Assembly (NCBI GenBank): GCA_002716405.1
Contig: PBBA01000004.1
Coordinates: 2,482 to 66,481, forward strand
Reading direction: 5' to 3'
Origin: Chloroflexota bacterium
GTDB lineage: Bacteria; Chloroflexota; Dehalococcoidia; UBA2979
DNA: 64,000 nt
Of this stretch, positions 19,630 through 29,927 are shown one piece after another (position 1 is the stretch's first letter; each line of letters opens with the position of its first letter). The notes beneath the pieces are model-generated. The model ran no database searches. It had not been told where the DNA came from and saw nothing but the letters and a program-made list of their open reading frames with translations. A program made the position numbers and the translations under genes.

Positions 19630-20573
19630 TCGTAACGCTCCTTATATCGAGAAACGATACGATCGCTAATCAAGTTCATAATGAGCGTAATCGCAAACAA
19701 TGTCAGAGCAACCGCAAATATAGTCCGAAAAACAGTTGTACCCTGTGGTGTATCGCCAAGAGAAACCTGCACAATATATGCTGTCATTGTCTGAACGCTT
19801 TCAAGAGGATTGGCGGTAATACGTGGAGTTGCTCCGGCAGCTAATGTAACCGCCATAGTTTCGCCAACAGCACGTGAAACTGCAAGAATATATGAGGCAA
19901 CAATTCCACTTAATGCTGCCGGAAAAGTGACACGTGTCACAACTTCAAATTTTGTAGAACCAAGGCCATACGCTGCTTCACGAAGTGAAGCTGGAACAGC
20001 ACGAATTGAATCATCTGATATCGAAGAGACCATCGGTACAGTCATAATTCCAACGACGATCATTGCCGATAATGCATTAAATACACCTATATCAGGGAAA
20101 ATAGTTGCTTTAAGTAATGGTGTGATCCATGTCAAAGCAAAATAACCATAGACGATCGTAGGTACACCTGCTAATACTTCTAATATTGGCTTCAAAATAT
20201 TACGAACCTTAGGTTTTGCATATTCTGAAAGGTATACAGCAGCTAAAGTGCCAAGCGGTAAAGAAATTAATGATGCACCTAATGCAATAAGTAAAGTCCC
20301 ACATATTAAAGGAAGAACTCCGAAACCAGCTGACGGGAATAAGGGTGTCCAACGAGTTCCAAAAAAGAAATCTTGAGGCTTTACTTCACCAAAGAATGAC
20401 AATCCCTCGGCGAGCAAGATAGCTACAATCCCTACTGTAGTTAGTATCGTAATTGCCGCACATATCATCAAAATAGTAGCAACAATACTTTCAGATAAAC
20501 GACGGGAGCGACGACGTCGAAATCGCGTCGTCGCTCCCGAAGAATTAATTACCGGAGAAGAATCTATTGCCAT
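19626..20573 (-). CDS. pstC: Phosphate ABC transporter permease PstC
   Basis: Multi-TM protein. Loop [14 protein letters not shown]...V.FPAA. Gene order is pstS-C-A-B. Confidence 0.9.
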   Translation of the reverse strand: MAIDSSPVINSSGATTRFRRRRSRRLSESIVATILMICAAITILTTVGIVAILLAEGLSFFGEVKPQDFFFGTRWTPLFPSAGFGVLPLICGTLLIALGASLISLPLGTLAAVYLSEYAKPKVRNILKPILEVLAGVPTIVYGYFALTWITPLLKATIFPDIGVFNALSAMIVVGIMTVPMVSSISDDSIRAVPASLREAAYGLGSTKFEVVTRVTFPAALSGIVASYILAVSRAVGETMAVTLAAGATPRITANPLESVQTMTAYIVQVSLGDTPQGTTVFRTIFAVALTLFAITLIMNLISDRIVSRYKERYE

Positions 20574-20604
20574 TTGGCTTCCATGTCTTCGCTTTGTTTT
20601 TCCA

Positions 20605-21600
20605 TTAACCTTTTATGGTTGCTTCAACCAAAGCTCGAGAAGCTTCAATCTCATCGTTGGCCACACTAGTGTAACCAACTTCACTAACAAGAGGAATGCT
20701 TGCATCACTCAGATAGTAACGAACAAATTCACGTACTTGTGGCTTCTCACGTAGAGAGTCTGCACGTATGTAAATGAACAATGGTCGTGAGAGTACATAA
20801 CTACCATCAGCAACCGTTTCTGCTGAAGGTGTAACACCTTCAACAGGAACTATCTGAAGTTTGTCCATATTCTCTATGTAGTATGCATAACCAAAGTAAC
20901 CAATAGTGTTTTTACCGCCGCTAATACCAGTTACCAACACATTGTCATCAGTTGATGCAGTATAATCTGCACGTGCACCACCTAAGTCTTCTGTAATTTC
21001 TTCGTTAAAGAAATCAAAAGTACCTGAATCAGTGTCTGGTGCATAAATATCAATATCATTAGATGGCCAAGATGATTCTACTTGGTTCCATTTCATTATC
21101 GTGCCCTCAGATGGAGCACCAAAAATAGTCCCTAGTTGTTTTTTGGTAACACCTGCACCTAAGAAGGCATTCTCTTTACTCGTAACAACTGCAAGTCCAT
21201 CAAGACCAACAAGAATTTCGATATACTCAACACCTTCATCAGCACAAAGCTTAACTTCTGATTCCTTAATAGGTCGTGATGCATCTGATATATCAGTCTC
21301 GCCAGCACAGAATTTCTTGAACCCGCCACCAGTACCAGAAACACCTACAGTCACACGTACATCTTTTGCGACTTTACTAAATTCTTCAGCAACTGCTTCA
21401 GTTACCGGGAATACTGTACTAGAGCCATCAACTTTGACATCACCAGAGAGACTGGAGTAGTTTCCAGTACTTGCAGTGGTCGTAGCACTTGCAGTCGATT
21501 CTGTTTCATCCTCTCCATTACACGCTATAGTAAATAGTGCTAGGCAACTCACAAGAAATCCAATGCCAAGAAAACGACCTATTTTGAGCGATGTCTCCAT
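20605..21600 (-). CDS. pstS: Phosphate-binding lipoprotein PstS
   Basis: Lipobox LFTIAC. GSSTV.P and SGTGGG..K...G..DI..ASR are PBP-like phosphate-binding motifs. A strong AGGAGG RBS lies upstream. Confidence 0.9.
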   Translation of the reverse strand: METSLKIGRFLGIGFLVSCLALFTIACNGEDETESTASATTTASTGNYSSLSGDVKVDGSSTVFPVTEAVAEEFSKVAKDVRVTVGVSGTGGGFKKFCAGETDISDASRPIKESEVKLCADEGVEYIEILVGLDGLAVVTSKENAFLGAGVTKKQLGTIFGAPSEGTIMKWNQVESSWPSNDIDIYAPDTDSGTFDFFNEEITEDLGGARADYTASTDDNVLVTGISGGKNTIGYFGYAYYIENMDKLQIVPVEGVTPSAETVADGSYVLSRPLFIYIRADSLREKPQVREFVRYYLSDASIPLVSEVGYTSVANDEIEASRALVEATIKG

Positions 21601-21695
21601 ATATTTTTTTCCTCCTATTTTCTGCTAAGGAAATACCGAATCAACTCCCCGCTGAATCACACTTTATTTGCTGTTATGAGGATCAATCATGTTCG

Positions 21696-21712
21696 TTAAA
21701 CGAATATTAACA
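21696..21712. promoter_or_regulatory. Candidate Pho-box direct repeats in the pstS / MIP-phoU divergent region
   Basis: TTAAAC (21696) and TTAACA (21707) are phased 11 bp apart. This is the same hexamer class as upstream of phoB. Confidence 0.3.
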
Positions 21713-21867
21713 AAAAATGTGAAATTGATTATTATTATTTGTGTGTCAGAAATATATTGACTGAAAAGTCTCTGGCCCGCATGGTAAATCTATAGAAATT
21801 ATAAGAAAAATCCGTGATGATATTTATACAAAAGTTGAAGAAATATTTGTGGAGTGGAGAATAATAA

Positions 21868-22737
21868 GTGAATAGGATGTTGCAAAACTTAATTAGCAGA
21901 GGTAATGGTGGAAAGTTTATAGCTGAGTGTATCGGAACATTTCTATTGGTATTTTTTGGAACAGGTTCAGTGGCCACTGCTGTCTTTACTGGTGCGCCGG
22001 TCGGACTTTGGCAAGTAGCTGTTATCTGGGGGTTTGGACTTACCTTTGCTATCTATGCAACAGCGAGCATCTCGGGGGCTCATCTTAACCCTGCAGTTTC
22101 TTTAGCAATGGCAGTTTTTAGATCGAAAGAATTTCCAGGTTCACAATTATTACTTTACTGGATCGCACAATTTACTGGTGCAGCTATCGCAGGAATTGCT
22201 GTATTACTGAGTTTCAGCAAATTTATTGAACGATTTGAAACTGAACACGGACTCATTCGTGGTCAAGATGGTAGTCAGCTCAGTGCAATGGCCTTTGGGG
22301 AATATTTTCCTAATCCAGCAGTATTTGGTACAGATGCATCAGCTTTTGAACTCATTTCTCCGCTTGGAGCCGCCTCAATCGAAGCGTTCGGAACGGCTAT
22401 TTTGGTTTTTATGATCTTTGCCTTAACAGATAAACAGAATCGATCTGCACCAAGTAGTGTCATAGCACCATTTTTTATTGGATTCACTCTGGCAGCACTT
22501 ATCAGCCTTTTCGCACCACTAACACAAGCAGGATGGAATCCTGCACGAGATTTTGGACCTAGAGTAATAGCATGGTTAGCTGGATGGGATTCAATGGCCA
22601 TTCCAGGGCCAAGAGATGGATTCTGGGTATATATCATAGGTCCTTGTATAGGTGGATTGGTAGGAGGGTTTATATATAGTAACTTACTAAGCAAGGCACA
22701 TATATTTAACAATTCTCTAACCGAAAAACAGAACTGA
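21868..22737 (+). CDS. MIP-family channel (aquaglyceroporin GlpF-like)
   Basis: Two NPA boxes (SGAHLNPAVS and GWNPARDFGPR), the second in the aquaglyceroporin style. Start is GTG 21868 (GGAGA 7 nt upstream) or ATG 21877. Confidence 0.85.
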   Translation: MNRMLQNLISRGNGGKFIAECIGTFLLVFFGTGSVATAVFTGAPVGLWQVAVIWGFGLTFAIYATASISGAHLNPAVSLAMAVFRSKEFPGSQLLLYWIAQFTGAAIAGIAVLLSFSKFIERFETEHGLIRGQDGSQLSAMAFGEYFPNPAVFGTDASAFELISPLGAASIEAFGTAILVFMIFALTDKQNRSAPSSVIAPFFIGFTLAALISLFAPLTQAGWNPARDFGPRVIAWLAGWDSMAIPGPRDGFWVYIIGPCIGGLVGGFIYSNLLSKAHIFNNSLTEKQN

Positions 22738-22796
22738 TATCATATAATTGACTATAATATTTTCACAGAACTACTGTTTTGTGTATAGGGGTTGAT

Positions 22797-23510
22797 ATGG
22801 TTTCATCAGATTCAATTACTCCCGAACCAACAGGGGCAGGAGGTGCACGTAGAGAATTCAGTCAGCAATTGGATTCTTTGCAAGATACATTATTAGAAAT
22901 GACTTCAATGGTTGATAGTGCAATTATTGAAGCGATGCAAGCTTTAGAAACTCGTAATATTTCACTTGCGGAAAAAGTTAATAATGCAGATCAAGATATA
23001 AATAAATTAGAGCTCAAACTCCAAAATCAGTGTGTTGAATTAATTGCTTTACAAAGTCCTCTCGCTAGAGATCTTCGCTTAATTCTTTCCGTATCACAAA
23101 TTGCTACTGAATTAGAAAGAATAGCTGACCATGCTGGTGGTATTGCTAGGATTGTCCTACTCATGGAAGACGAGCCTTTAGTGAAACCACTAGTCGATAT
23201 TCCTATTCAAGCTGAAAAAGCTAGGGCAATGCTCAATAAGGCTATGCAGGCATTCGTTGAACGTGATACAGAGGCTGCATATAGCGTAGACAAAGATGAT
23301 GATGAAGTAGATGCACTTTATGATCATATCTACAGAGACTTAATCGATGTAATGGTCGGTGATCCTTCTGTCATTGAGCCTGCAACATGGTTACTCTGGG
23401 TTGCACACAATCTCGAACGCATTGCCGATAGATCGACGAATATTGCAGAACGCACAATTTTCACTGCAACCGGGGAATTGTCACCCGATATGTCATCATC
23501 ATCTTACTAA
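22797..23510 (+). CDS. phoU: Phosphate transport system regulator PhoU
   Basis: Duplicated PhoU motif: ELERIADHAG and NLERIADRSTNIAE. I prefer ATG 22797 (AGGGG RBS) over the track TTG at 22779. Confidence 0.9.
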   Translation: MVSSDSITPEPTGAGGARREFSQQLDSLQDTLLEMTSMVDSAIIEAMQALETRNISLAEKVNNADQDINKLELKLQNQCVELIALQSPLARDLRLILSVSQIATELERIADHAGGIARIVLLMEDEPLVKPLVDIPIQAEKARAMLNKAMQAFVERDTEAAYSVDKDDDEVDALYDHIYRDLIDVMVGDPSVIEPATWLLWVAHNLERIADRSTNIAERTIFTATGELSPDMSSSSY

Positions 23511-23568
23511 TCTTCGCTAATAGTCTATACTTACAAAACTTAATGAAAAAATAAAAATTGGTATACCG

Positions 23569-24030
23569 ATGATTTTTACAAGTCAAAGAATTATTACTAT
23601 CGAAGAAATGGACCTAGCTTTAGAAATTCGTCGCCAAGTTTTTATACAAGAACAAGGTGTTGACCCTAAGGAGGAAATCGACGATTTCGATATTATTGAA
23701 AAAATTAACGACACCGTTATACATGTATTAGTTTTTGAAAATAATAAACCCATAGCCACAGGCAGATTACTACTAGATTCCCCTGAAAATGAATACGCAC
23801 ACATCACTCGAGTAGCCGTACTCCAAGAATATCGAAAAAAAGGTGCAGGCCGTGCTGTAATGCTCTGGTTGCAAAATATGGCAAAACAGACAGGACGAAA
23901 CGGTATCACTCTTGCAGCACAAACACATGCAATCGCATTTTATGAAAAATTAGGTTACAAAACACGTGGTGCAATTTTTTTAGATGCAAATATTGAACAT
24001 CGCTGGATGGACTTGGTTTTTGATAATTAG
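23569..24030 (+). CDS. GNAT-family N-acetyltransferase
   Basis: RVAVLQEYRKKGAGRAVM (the acetyl-CoA-binding Q/RxxGxG/A motif) and a C-terminal FYEKLGY. Confidence 0.8.
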   Translation: MIFTSQRIITIEEMDLALEIRRQVFIQEQGVDPKEEIDDFDIIEKINDTVIHVLVFENNKPIATGRLLLDSPENEYAHITRVAVLQEYRKKGAGRAVMLWLQNMAKQTGRNGITLAAQTHAIAFYEKLGYKTRGAIFLDANIEHRWMDLVFDN

Positions 24031-24141
24031 ATAATTTGTCACACAACTCATGACTAATGAAATATCTGAGAAAAATAAATCAAAAATTAATAATTCCCTT
24101 GAACAAATTTCTCTTCGGATATCGTGCTGTCAGAACGCCAC

Positions 24142-24963
24142 TCAATTTCTTAAACTTTCTACAACATCTGGGTTAGCTATTAATGTCGACTGCCTCCAAG
24201 AAGAAAGTTCTTCAGGATTAAATCTATCGAATGATGCCCATCCTTTTTGACCTTTAGTCCATACTTCACATTCGGCAGATTGTGCAAGAAGTATACAGGC
24301 TGCCACATCCCATATATGTGGATCGGGATTCTTTGATGCTTGCAACACACCTGCTGCAACAAGAGCACCTTCTAACGCAGTTGAACCGAGATTACGGTAT
24401 TCAAATGAATTTGACTGTCGGTTATTAATTGGTGTAGTAACAATTCCTCTTTTTTTTCCCTGATTATGGCGTCCTAATCCATCTAAAATTTGACCATCTA
24501 ATTTTAATTTTCCTCCACGATGTGTGTGATATACGCCTGGCATACCCATATGTGTAGCAATTGCCCAAATAGCTGCCGCGATAGGCAATCCTTGTTTGAG
24601 AAGCCCTATAGAACAACTATAAAAAGGTAATCCATTTACAAAATTTTGTGTTCCATCAATAGGATCAATAACCCAAGTAAATTCTTTTGAATCATCGAAT
24701 GTATCGGAAAACTCTTCACCTAAAAAAGTATGGTCAGGATATTGTTTTTTTATTTGCTCAGAAAGCATTTTTTCAACAGCTTGATCAATATCAGATACAG
24801 GATCTCGTGGATTTATATTTTTAGAACTAGAATCTTTATAACGAACATTAATTTCTTTAGAAAGACTCTCAATAATCTGCCCCCCTGCTTTATTAGCGAG
24901 AGAACAGGCAAATACTTCAAATTTTTGGGCAAGTTTTTGATCAGTTACAGAAAAATTGTTCAT
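24142..24963 (-). CDS. Inositol monophosphatase family protein (SuhB/HisN-like)
   Basis: Motifs LGEE and WVIDPIDGTQNF plus a C-terminal WD.AA. Its start overlaps the stop of the upstream mutase (TAATG). Confidence 0.85.
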   Translation of the reverse strand: MNNFSVTDQKLAQKFEVFACSLANKAGGQIIESLSKEINVRYKDSSSKNINPRDPVSDIDQAVEKMLSEQIKKQYPDHTFLGEEFSDTFDDSKEFTWVIDPIDGTQNFVNGLPFYSCSIGLLKQGLPIAAAIWAIATHMGMPGVYHTHRGGKLKLDGQILDGLGRHNQGKKRGIVTTPINNRQSNSFEYRNLGSTALEGALVAAGVLQASKNPDPHIWDVAACILLAQSAECEVWTKGQKGWASFDRFNPEELSSWRQSTLIANPDVVESLRN

Positions 24964-26993
24964 TAGTTAGTTAGAACGCTGCTACTTTCTTCGATTATAT
25001 CTAACAAAGCACCAATGACATCCACTAAATCAAAATCAGCGGGGGTAAAAATACTCTTAATCCCACGGTCCATCAGTAAAGGAATATCATCTGCAGGGAT
25101 AATACCTCCGAAAATTACGTCAATCTCATCACCTGCACCCATTTCGTTAAGAGCGTTCATTAATTGATCTGCGATTTCTATATGTGAACCACTCAAAATT
25201 GAAATGCCAATCAGATGCGCAGCTTCATCAATTGCAGACCTTACTATATCTTCAGGAGTCAGTCGAATACCAGAATAAACTACCTCAAATCCAGCATCAC
25301 GTGCAGCAACTGCGATAACCTCTGCTCCATTAGAGTGTCCATCTAATCCAGGCTTCCCTACTACAATTCTCGGTCTACGTCCTGTTGAATTAGCAAAATT
25401 ATCTGTACGTTGTCTCAAACGATGCATTTTTTCGGCTTCTAAACCTAAATGTTGACCTTCAATTCCTGTAGGTGGGCGATATTCACCAAATGCTTTTCGA
25501 AGAACATCGCTCCATTCACCAGTAGTAACCCTTACAAGTGCACATTCAATTGATGCTTCCATTAAATTACCTCCATCGATCGCTGAACGATAAAGATTAT
25601 CCAATGCTTCAGAAACTTTTTGATCATCACGATTTTTTTTAGTTTTTACTAGTGATTCAATTGTCCATTTCACATCGTCAAGATCAACTCGAAATATTCC
25701 TCCATCGTCAGTTACTAAAGGAGATTCAATCGCTTCAGTCCAACGATTAACTCCTACAACTATACGTTCCCCAGAATTAATATCGCTAACACGTTGCGCC
25801 ATAGATCCAACGAGTTGAGATTTCATATATCCCGATTCAACAGCAGATTGAATCCCACCCATTTCCAGTATTTTTTTTATCTCTTCATTAGCAGAATTTT
25901 TGAGTTCGTTGACTTTCGAATTAATTACAGGTGAACCGTCAAAAATATCTGGATATTCCAATAAATCACTTTCGAAGGCCAATATCTGTTGCAAACGCAA
26001 TGCCCATTGCTGATCCCAAGGAGTTGGCAAGCCAAGTGCCTCATTCCAAGCTGGTAATTGAAGTGCTCTGCATCGTGCATTTCTACTTAAGGTGACGCCA
26101 AGCGTTTCAAGTAAAATTCTCCAAGCATTATTCTCTGGTTGTTGCTCAGTTAATCCCAAAGAATTCACTTGCACTCCATATCGAAAGCGTCTAAATCTGG
26201 GGTTTTTTACACCATATCGACTTTCAGTTATTTCGTTCCATAATTCAGTAAATGCACGCATCTTAGACATTTCCTCAACAAAACGAATACCTGAATTAAC
26301 AAAAAAACTGATGCGACCCACTAGTGATTCAAATTGGTCACCTTCTATTTCACCTCGTGATTGAATTTGGTCTAATATTCCAATTGCATTAGCTAGGGCA
26401 AATGCAAGTTCTTGCGATGGAGTCGCACCAGCTTCTTGCAAATGGTAAGAACAAATATTTGATGGATTCCAGCGTGGAATTGCATCTAAACAATACTCAT
26501 ACATTTCAGCAATTAATCGTAAACTACCATCTGGAGGGAAAATATATGTTCCCCGAGCCAAGTACTCCTTAACAATATCATTTTGTGTTGTTCCTTGTAG
26601 CTTTGAAATATCTTCGCCACGTTCTCTAGCTAAAGCAACATAAAGGGCTAATAACCACATAGCTGTTGCATTTATTGTCATCGAAGTGTTCATTTGTTCA
26701 AGTGGAATATCTTCGAAAAGTACATGAAAATCATCCAATGAATTAATGGGCACTCCTACTTTGCCTACTTCAGGAAGTGCTAATGGATGATCAGAGGAAT
26801 AGCCGGTTTGAGTGGGAAGATCAAAAGCTATAGATAATCCAGTTTGCCCTGCAGCCAAATTCTTCCTATACAGATCATTAGAAGCACGTGCACTAGTGTG
26901 GCCGGCATAAGTACGGAAAATCCAGGGACGATCTTCAATCAGTTCACCATCATCATTATATAGATGGTGTAATTGTCGTTCTTCAACAGACAC
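24963..26993 (-). CDS. Fused B12-dependent acyl-CoA mutase (methylmalonyl-CoA mutase family; MeaA/ethylmalonyl-CoA-mutase-like)
   Basis: FRTYAGHTSA..SN.LYRKNLAAGQTGLSIAFDLPTQTGY at the N-terminus. C-terminal cobalamin domain GKPGLDGHSNGA. The single-chain ~676-aa architecture resembles Ecm/MeaA; that subtype is assigned from memory only. Confidence 0.75.
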   Translation of the reverse strand: MSVEERQLHHLYNDDGELIEDRPWIFRTYAGHTSARASNDLYRKNLAAGQTGLSIAFDLPTQTGYSSDHPLALPEVGKVGVPINSLDDFHVLFEDIPLEQMNTSMTINATAMWLLALYVALARERGEDISKLQGTTQNDIVKEYLARGTYIFPPDGSLRLIAEMYEYCLDAIPRWNPSNICSYHLQEAGATPSQELAFALANAIGILDQIQSRGEIEGDQFESLVGRISFFVNSGIRFVEEMSKMRAFTELWNEITESRYGVKNPRFRRFRYGVQVNSLGLTEQQPENNAWRILLETLGVTLSRNARCRALQLPAWNEALGLPTPWDQQWALRLQQILAFESDLLEYPDIFDGSPVINSKVNELKNSANEEIKKILEMGGIQSAVESGYMKSQLVGSMAQRVSDINSGERIVVGVNRWTEAIESPLVTDDGGIFRVDLDDVKWTIESLVKTKKNRDDQKVSEALDNLYRSAIDGGNLMEASIECALVRVTTGEWSDVLRKAFGEYRPPTGIEGQHLGLEAEKMHRLRQRTDNFANSTGRRPRIVVGKPGLDGHSNGAEVIAVAARDAGFEVVYSGIRLTPEDIVRSAIDEAAHLIGISILSGSHIEIADQLMNALNEMGAGDEIDVIFGGIIPADDIPLLMDRGIKSIFTPADFDLVDVIGALLDIIEESSSVLTN

Positions 26994-27046
26994 TATTTTC
27001 CCCTTTTATCCAATTCCATAATATTCACATATATCGAATTACATGC

Positions 27047-27955
27047 CTAGTCATTGCTACGAAGAAATTTTTCGACATCACGAAGAATATCATCAGAAGA
27101 AGGTAAATCATCTTCGTTAGAGGGACTATTGTCACGTCCAGTAAAATTGTTTATTACTTCTTCATAACTAGCTTCCATTTCTTCAAGGGCACGACGAAAT
27201 TCTCCAGAGCTTGACATTTCCTGATCTGCTCTGTTTTTCAGGTCATTCGCTGCATTTTCAAAGTCAGTAAGGCTAGTTTTAGTTCCCGCAACACGATCAA
27301 AAATTTCTACCAAAGCTAATACTACTAAAGGATTTGGTACCACACCAAGATAGTTAGGCACCACAGCCGTCAGACCACCTGTGCGACCACTAGCATTCAC
27401 CTGTAAAGAACTGAGTACACCACCAATATCGACAGGACCACTATAATCATTATCAATATCTGGCAAACCCAATGTTCGAGCTAATTCTTTATACTTTGTG
27501 GTTAAACGAATCAAAACTGGACGAGTATGTGGTACAGCACCAGGCCATGTACGAATGACTAACAAATCTCTAATAGATTGCTGATCGATAAAATCATGTA
27601 CTGCATTAGAAAATGTAGGCCATTTTAAATGCGGTTCAACGCCAGTCATTACCAAAATATCACGCGCAAAATTATTGGATTGTATTAATAAGATTTCATT
27701 CTTAGGCCATTCAATTAACCTTTTACCCTCGTCTGAGGAAACAACAGGAGGAGTTACTGAAAAATCATAGAAATCCTCTGGGGATATTGTCGCAATAACT
27801 TTTGCATCATGAAACTTTGCAAAGTGACTTAGCGATGTGACAGCTGTAGTGTTAAATCCATTTCTTCTAACAAAAGATGCAAACATTATCGGATCACGCA
27901 ATGTCTCCATTTTTTGAAATAGTTCCGTAAAATTTAATAATGATTCATTTTCCAT
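27047..27955 (-). CDS. PAC2 (proteasome-assembly-chaperone-like) family protein
   Basis: Pattern ...LVMTGVEPHLKW..F...V.DF...... with an acidic C-terminal tail, typical of bacterial PAC2-family proteins. Confidence 0.6.
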   Translation of the reverse strand: MENESLLNFTELFQKMETLRDPIMFASFVRRNGFNTTAVTSLSHFAKFHDAKVIATISPEDFYDFSVTPPVVSSDEGKRLIEWPKNEILLIQSNNFARDILVMTGVEPHLKWPTFSNAVHDFIDQQSIRDLLVIRTWPGAVPHTRPVLIRLTTKYKELARTLGLPDIDNDYSGPVDIGGVLSSLQVNASGRTGGLTAVVPNYLGVVPNPLVVLALVEIFDRVAGTKTSLTDFENAANDLKNRADQEMSSSGEFRRALEEMEASYEEVINNFTGRDNSPSNEDDLPSSDDILRDVEKFLRSND

Positions 27956-27962
27956 AGTTAAC

Positions 27963-28952
27963 CTAGTTAAATAGTAATTTTTCTAGTTCTAATTCTACTT
28001 CTTGTAAAGACATAATTCCTTCAAATTTTGCTGAAACTTCACCTTTTACGTTAAGTAAAAAAATAAATGGTTCTGACAAAAGGTTCCATTCAGTAACAAC
28101 TTTTGTCGGGAATAGACCTTCACCAGATCGAGCTCTTTTTAGATCAAATGGTTCAATATGTACAAAATTAATTTTATTACCGTACTTTTCATACAAAGGA
28201 TTCACAACATATTCCATAGTAGGGGCACAAAATTTCGTCTGGCAAAACCCAGGAGTTACAAAAGCAACTAGAGTAGGTTGAGGCAATTCTATTGCTTCTT
28301 TAATTGTCATATTATGTAAATCTGGATTAGGTGAAAGGCTCGAGTCTATTTCACTAATATTGTTGACGTCTGATACTAAAGCCTGAAGGGAGGCTGGCGG
28401 AATTTCTCCCAACTGCGGTTCAGATGTTCTTTCATGCACAAATAGAGAAATTTGCAGGTCTTCATAAACTTCATCATTTTTTGTGTCGATAACATTTAAC
28501 GCTAAGCCCCACCGACCAGAATTAACAAAGTCAAAGTATGCAATATATACAGTAACTTCTGCTCCATCATGTACATGAGAATGACTACTCTCATTCGAAT
28601 GGGCATGTGGTCCTATAGGAATTAAACTCACTGGATTAAAGAATTTTTGATCGATTAATATTGCATCAGATGGATTAGATTCAGGATTTTCTCCTAATTG
28701 AAAAATACGTGCCTCAACTTCTAATCCTCCAATTGGTTGCCCGTCGTCAAACATGCCTAATGATATCCTATTGACTCCTTTACCAAGGTTAGAATTCAAA
28801 ATTGTAGGTACAAAAGGTTTTTGATCAAGAGATCTCCCGATATTTTCAGCATCCCACATTAGTGATTCAGTTTCCGAAGAAGAACAACTAAGGATCATAA
28901 TAGAAATGGCCAAAATAGAAACAAAACCACATACTAGAATAGTAATACGCAT
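27963..28952 (-). CDS. Secreted lipoprotein with C-terminal thioredoxin-fold domain
   Basis: Lipobox ILSCSS. The C-terminal region FVTPGFCQTKFCAP (a Cys pair in a thioredoxin-like context) is followed by beta-alpha-beta pattern. Confidence 0.5.
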   Translation of the reverse strand: MRITILVCGFVSILAISIMILSCSSSETESLMWDAENIGRSLDQKPFVPTILNSNLGKGVNRISLGMFDDGQPIGGLEVEARIFQLGENPESNPSDAILIDQKFFNPVSLIPIGPHAHSNESSHSHVHDGAEVTVYIAYFDFVNSGRWGLALNVIDTKNDEVYEDLQISLFVHERTSEPQLGEIPPASLQALVSDVNNISEIDSSLSPNPDLHNMTIKEAIELPQPTLVAFVTPGFCQTKFCAPTMEYVVNPLYEKYGNKINFVHIEPFDLKRARSGEGLFPTKVVTEWNLLSEPFIFLLNVKGEVSAKFEGIMSLQEVELELEKLLFN

Positions 28953-29053
28953 GATCTACCTGTAACTGTAATTACTTTCTTTTAGACTACTTAGTAACTA
29001 TATCGAAATGGTTGGTTACAATACAAAAGAGACAACACTGAGTCAATTAGGAG

Positions 29054-29908
29054 TTGATAATGCCACATACAGAAGTAAATGGAATCCAATTATTTCATGA
29101 TGAAATTGGAGAAGGATCACCAATATTATTTCATCATGGTTATACAAGCTCTCACGACACCTGGTTGAATAAAATAGCCCCACAATTAAGTGGTAATTAC
29201 CGTTGTATAGTAATGGACTGCCGTGGTGCTGGTGACAGTGAACATACAGTTGGTGGTTATACAATAGAGCAATACGTTGATGATGTGATAGGGCTTGCAG
29301 ATTCTTTAGGTTTAGAAAAATTCACTTTTTTGGGGCATAGCATGGGCGGTGGTATTGGTATGCAACTCGCAATCAATCATCCTGATAGGCTAGAAAAGTT
29401 AATTTTAGTAGCTCCAATCCCCTCAGGAGGTACAACGCCACCAACCGAGCTTACTGCTGTTGCACAAGCAATGAAAGAGAGACAACGGCAATTACGTAAC
29501 GACCCTGATAGAAGAGATAAAATGATTCAAGAACGTAAAAAAATGCAAATCCGAGAAATTTCCATCCAAGATATTGAAAACTCTGTTGATCGTGCAATAT
29601 CTATATCTGAAGGACACTTTGAACAATCATTAGAGACCATGGAACAATTTAATGTCACCAATCAATTAGGCAATATCCTCACACCTACATTAATGATTTC
29701 TGGTGCAGCTGATGTATTGGCAAAAGCAAATATGGAAGATTTACAACGCTTACCTAATGCTACAATTCATGTTTTTAGTAGAGTTGGGCATAGTCCACAT
29801 AATGATGTTCCCGAAGAATTTGCCACTGTAGTGAAGGATTTTTTGAAGTACGGTGTAGTCAATTCAGAAACCATGCAAAATAAGGCATTAGAATCTCTTG
29901 CTGAATAA
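29054..29908 (+). CDS. Alpha/beta hydrolase
   Basis: HG.. oxyanion region (ILFHHGYTSS), nucleophile elbow GHSMGG and C-terminal GHSPH. Confidence 0.85.
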   Translation: MIMPHTEVNGIQLFHDEIGEGSPILFHHGYTSSHDTWLNKIAPQLSGNYRCIVMDCRGAGDSEHTVGGYTIEQYVDDVIGLADSLGLEKFTFLGHSMGGGIGMQLAINHPDRLEKLILVAPIPSGGTTPPTELTAVAQAMKERQRQLRNDPDRRDKMIQERKKMQIREISIQDIENSVDRAISISEGHFEQSLETMEQFNVTNQLGNILTPTLMISGAADVLAKANMEDLQRLPNATIHVFSRVGHSPHNDVPEEFATVVKDFLKYGVVNSETMQNKALESLAE

Positions 29909-29927
29909 TTAACTTGAATTTCTTACT

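Noticed and set aside
24050-24250. 66-aa plus-strand ORF in the GNAT/IMPase convergent gap.
   Set aside because: Half of it overlaps the 3' end of the IMPase gene on the other strand. It has no RBS or recognisable motif.
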